From Mobula hypostoma (Eukaryota), in NCBI RefSeq assembly GCF_963921235.1, contig NC_086097.1, forward strand, positions 2,976,001 to 3,040,000: a DNA stretch of 64,000 nt, read 5' to 3'. The notes under the pieces were generated by a model. That model was given only the letters and a program-made list of their open reading frames with translations. It had not been told where the DNA came from and ran no database searches. The first letter of the stretch is position 1. The number at the start of each line of letters is the position of its first letter. The translations under genes were made by a program, and so were the position numbers. This document shows positions 62,275 through 64,000 of the stretch, in pieces.

Positions 62275-64000
62275 GTTGTCTGAATTAGGAGGACTGTCTC
62301 CTACTAATTAGGACATATTCTGATGTAATGTATTAATGCGTGGCTGAGAGACTGGTGTAGGGGGCAGGGATTCAGATTCCTGGATCATTGGGCCTCTTCT
62401 AGGGGAGGTACGACCTGTACAAAAAGGACGGGTTATACCTGAAACCAAAGGAGTCCAATATCCTAGCGGGCACATTTAATAGGGCTGTTAGGGAGGGTTT
62501 AAACATCTGGCAGAGGGATGGGAACTGGAGTGATAGGGCTGAGGAAGGGGAAAACAGAAATAAATCAAAGATAGCGTGCAGCCGAGATTATAGAAAGAAC
62601 AGGCAGGAGATGAAGCTTAATCAAAGCCAGTGGCATGAGTTACAGGGCAATAGGGGTGTGGTGCAGTTAAAACAGAAAGCAACAAATATTGGATTGAGAG
62701 TTGTATTTGAATGCACGCAGCATAAGGAATAAAATGGACGATATTGAAATTGGGAAATATGACGTTGTGGCCATCTCTGAAACTTGGCTAAAGGATGGCT
62801 GCCATTGGGAGCTGAACATCCAAGGATATACGATATCTCGGAAAAATAGGTTAGTAGGCCGGGGGGTGGTGTGGAAAGAGTTGACATAGGATCGGAAGGT
62901 GTAGGGTCTCTATGGGTTAAGTTAAGAAATGACAAGGGTAAAAGGACCCTAATGGCAGTTGTATACAGGCCTCCAAACAGCAGGCGGGATGTGGATTACA
63001 AATTACAGCAGGAGATAGAAAAGGCGTATCAGAAAGTGGATTGGGAAAACCAGGCCAGTACTGGACCTCAAGAGAGAGAATTTGTAGCATATCTAAGGGA
63101 TAGCTTTTTAGAACAGCTTGCTGTTGATCCCATTAGGGGATTGGCTGCACTGGATTGGGTGTTGTGCTATGACCCGGAGGTGATAAGAAGCTTAAGGTTA
63201 AGGAACCCTGAGAAAATAGTGATCACAATATGATTGAGTTCACATTGAAATTTGCGAGGGAAAAAATAAAATCCAATGTGTCAGTATTTCAGTGGAATAA
63301 AGGAAATTACAATGGCGTGAGAGGGAAACTGGCTGAAGTTGACTGGAAAGGGACATTTGCAGGAAAGACAGCAGAACAGCACTGGCTGGAGTTTCTGTGA
63401 AAAATGAGGGAAGTACAAGACAGATATATTCCAAATAAGAAGAAATTTTCAAAGAGAAGAAGGACACTACCATGGCTGACAAGTGAAGTCAGAGCCAAAG
63501 TAAAAGCAAAAGAGAGGGTATACAAGGAAGCCAGAGCTAGTGAGAAGATAGAGGATTGGGAAGCTTTTAAAAACTTGCAGAAGGAAACTAAGAAGGTCAT
63601 TAGGAAGGAAAAGATGAATTATGAAAGGAAGCTGGTGACTAATATCAAGGAAGATACTAAAAGCTTTTTTAAGTATCTAAAGGGTAAAAGAGAGTCGAAG
63701 GTAGATATAGGACCAATACAATATGATGCTGGAGATATTGTAATAAGAAATGCAGAGATGACAGAGGAACTGAATGCGTATTTTGCATCAGTCTTCACAG
63801 TGGAAGACATCTGCAGTATACTGGACATTCAAGAGTGTCAGGGAAGTGAAGTTTGTACAGTGAAAATTACAACTGAGAAGGTGCTCAGGAAGCTTAATGG
63901 TCTGAGGGTGGATAAATCTCCTGGACCTGATGGAATGCACCCTTGGGTTCTGAAGGAAGTAGCTGGAGAGATTGCGGAGGCATTAATGGTGATCTTTCAA
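62275..64000 (+). mobile_element. Sense CR1 (end of ORF1, APE endonuclease, start of RT), runs off the window
   Basis: YLNARSIRNK, ISETWL, VYRPPNS, PWLTSEV, DKSPGPDGMHP. Confidence 0.88.

Overview
Eukaryotic (vertebrate) genomic DNA. It is most likely from a cartilaginous fish; this is inferred from V-SINE/HE1-like SINEs, abundant CR1, Rex/Babar and Penelope-like repeats, and the divergence of the gene. The whole window lies inside the + strand gene UNC79, a scaffold subunit of the NALCN channel complex. Ten internal coding exons (1198-56204; 1657 nt, about 552 codons) splice into one open frame with canonical GT-AG sites and compatible phases. The introns are mostly transposable elements, often nested with readable target-site duplications (TSDs). 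They include a full-length L1-type LINE (26102-36244) carrying a complete Gypsy LTR element (29509-33823), a related Gypsy in the opposite orientation (40824-45093), many CR1 LINEs, an RTE LINE, Penelope-like elements, a HERO-like RLE retrotransposon fragment, hAT-Charlie remnants, a solo LTR and a 1.45-kb G-poor tandem tract. Most notable: (i) an intact minimal hammerhead ribozyme motif in a Penelope-like element; (ii) a G_GGA_AAC slippery site plus H-type pseudoknot in one Gypsy, while its sister lacks the pseudoknot (in-frame 39-nt deletion) and has the frameshift hard-wired by one extra A; (iii) a 4-kb inverted Gypsy pair bracketing two UNC79 exons (circRNA or editing candidate); (iv) a perfect 30-bp Penelope-derived hairpin of pre-miRNA size. 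Family assignments come from recognising motifs by eye, not from database searches, and many repeat boundaries are approximate.
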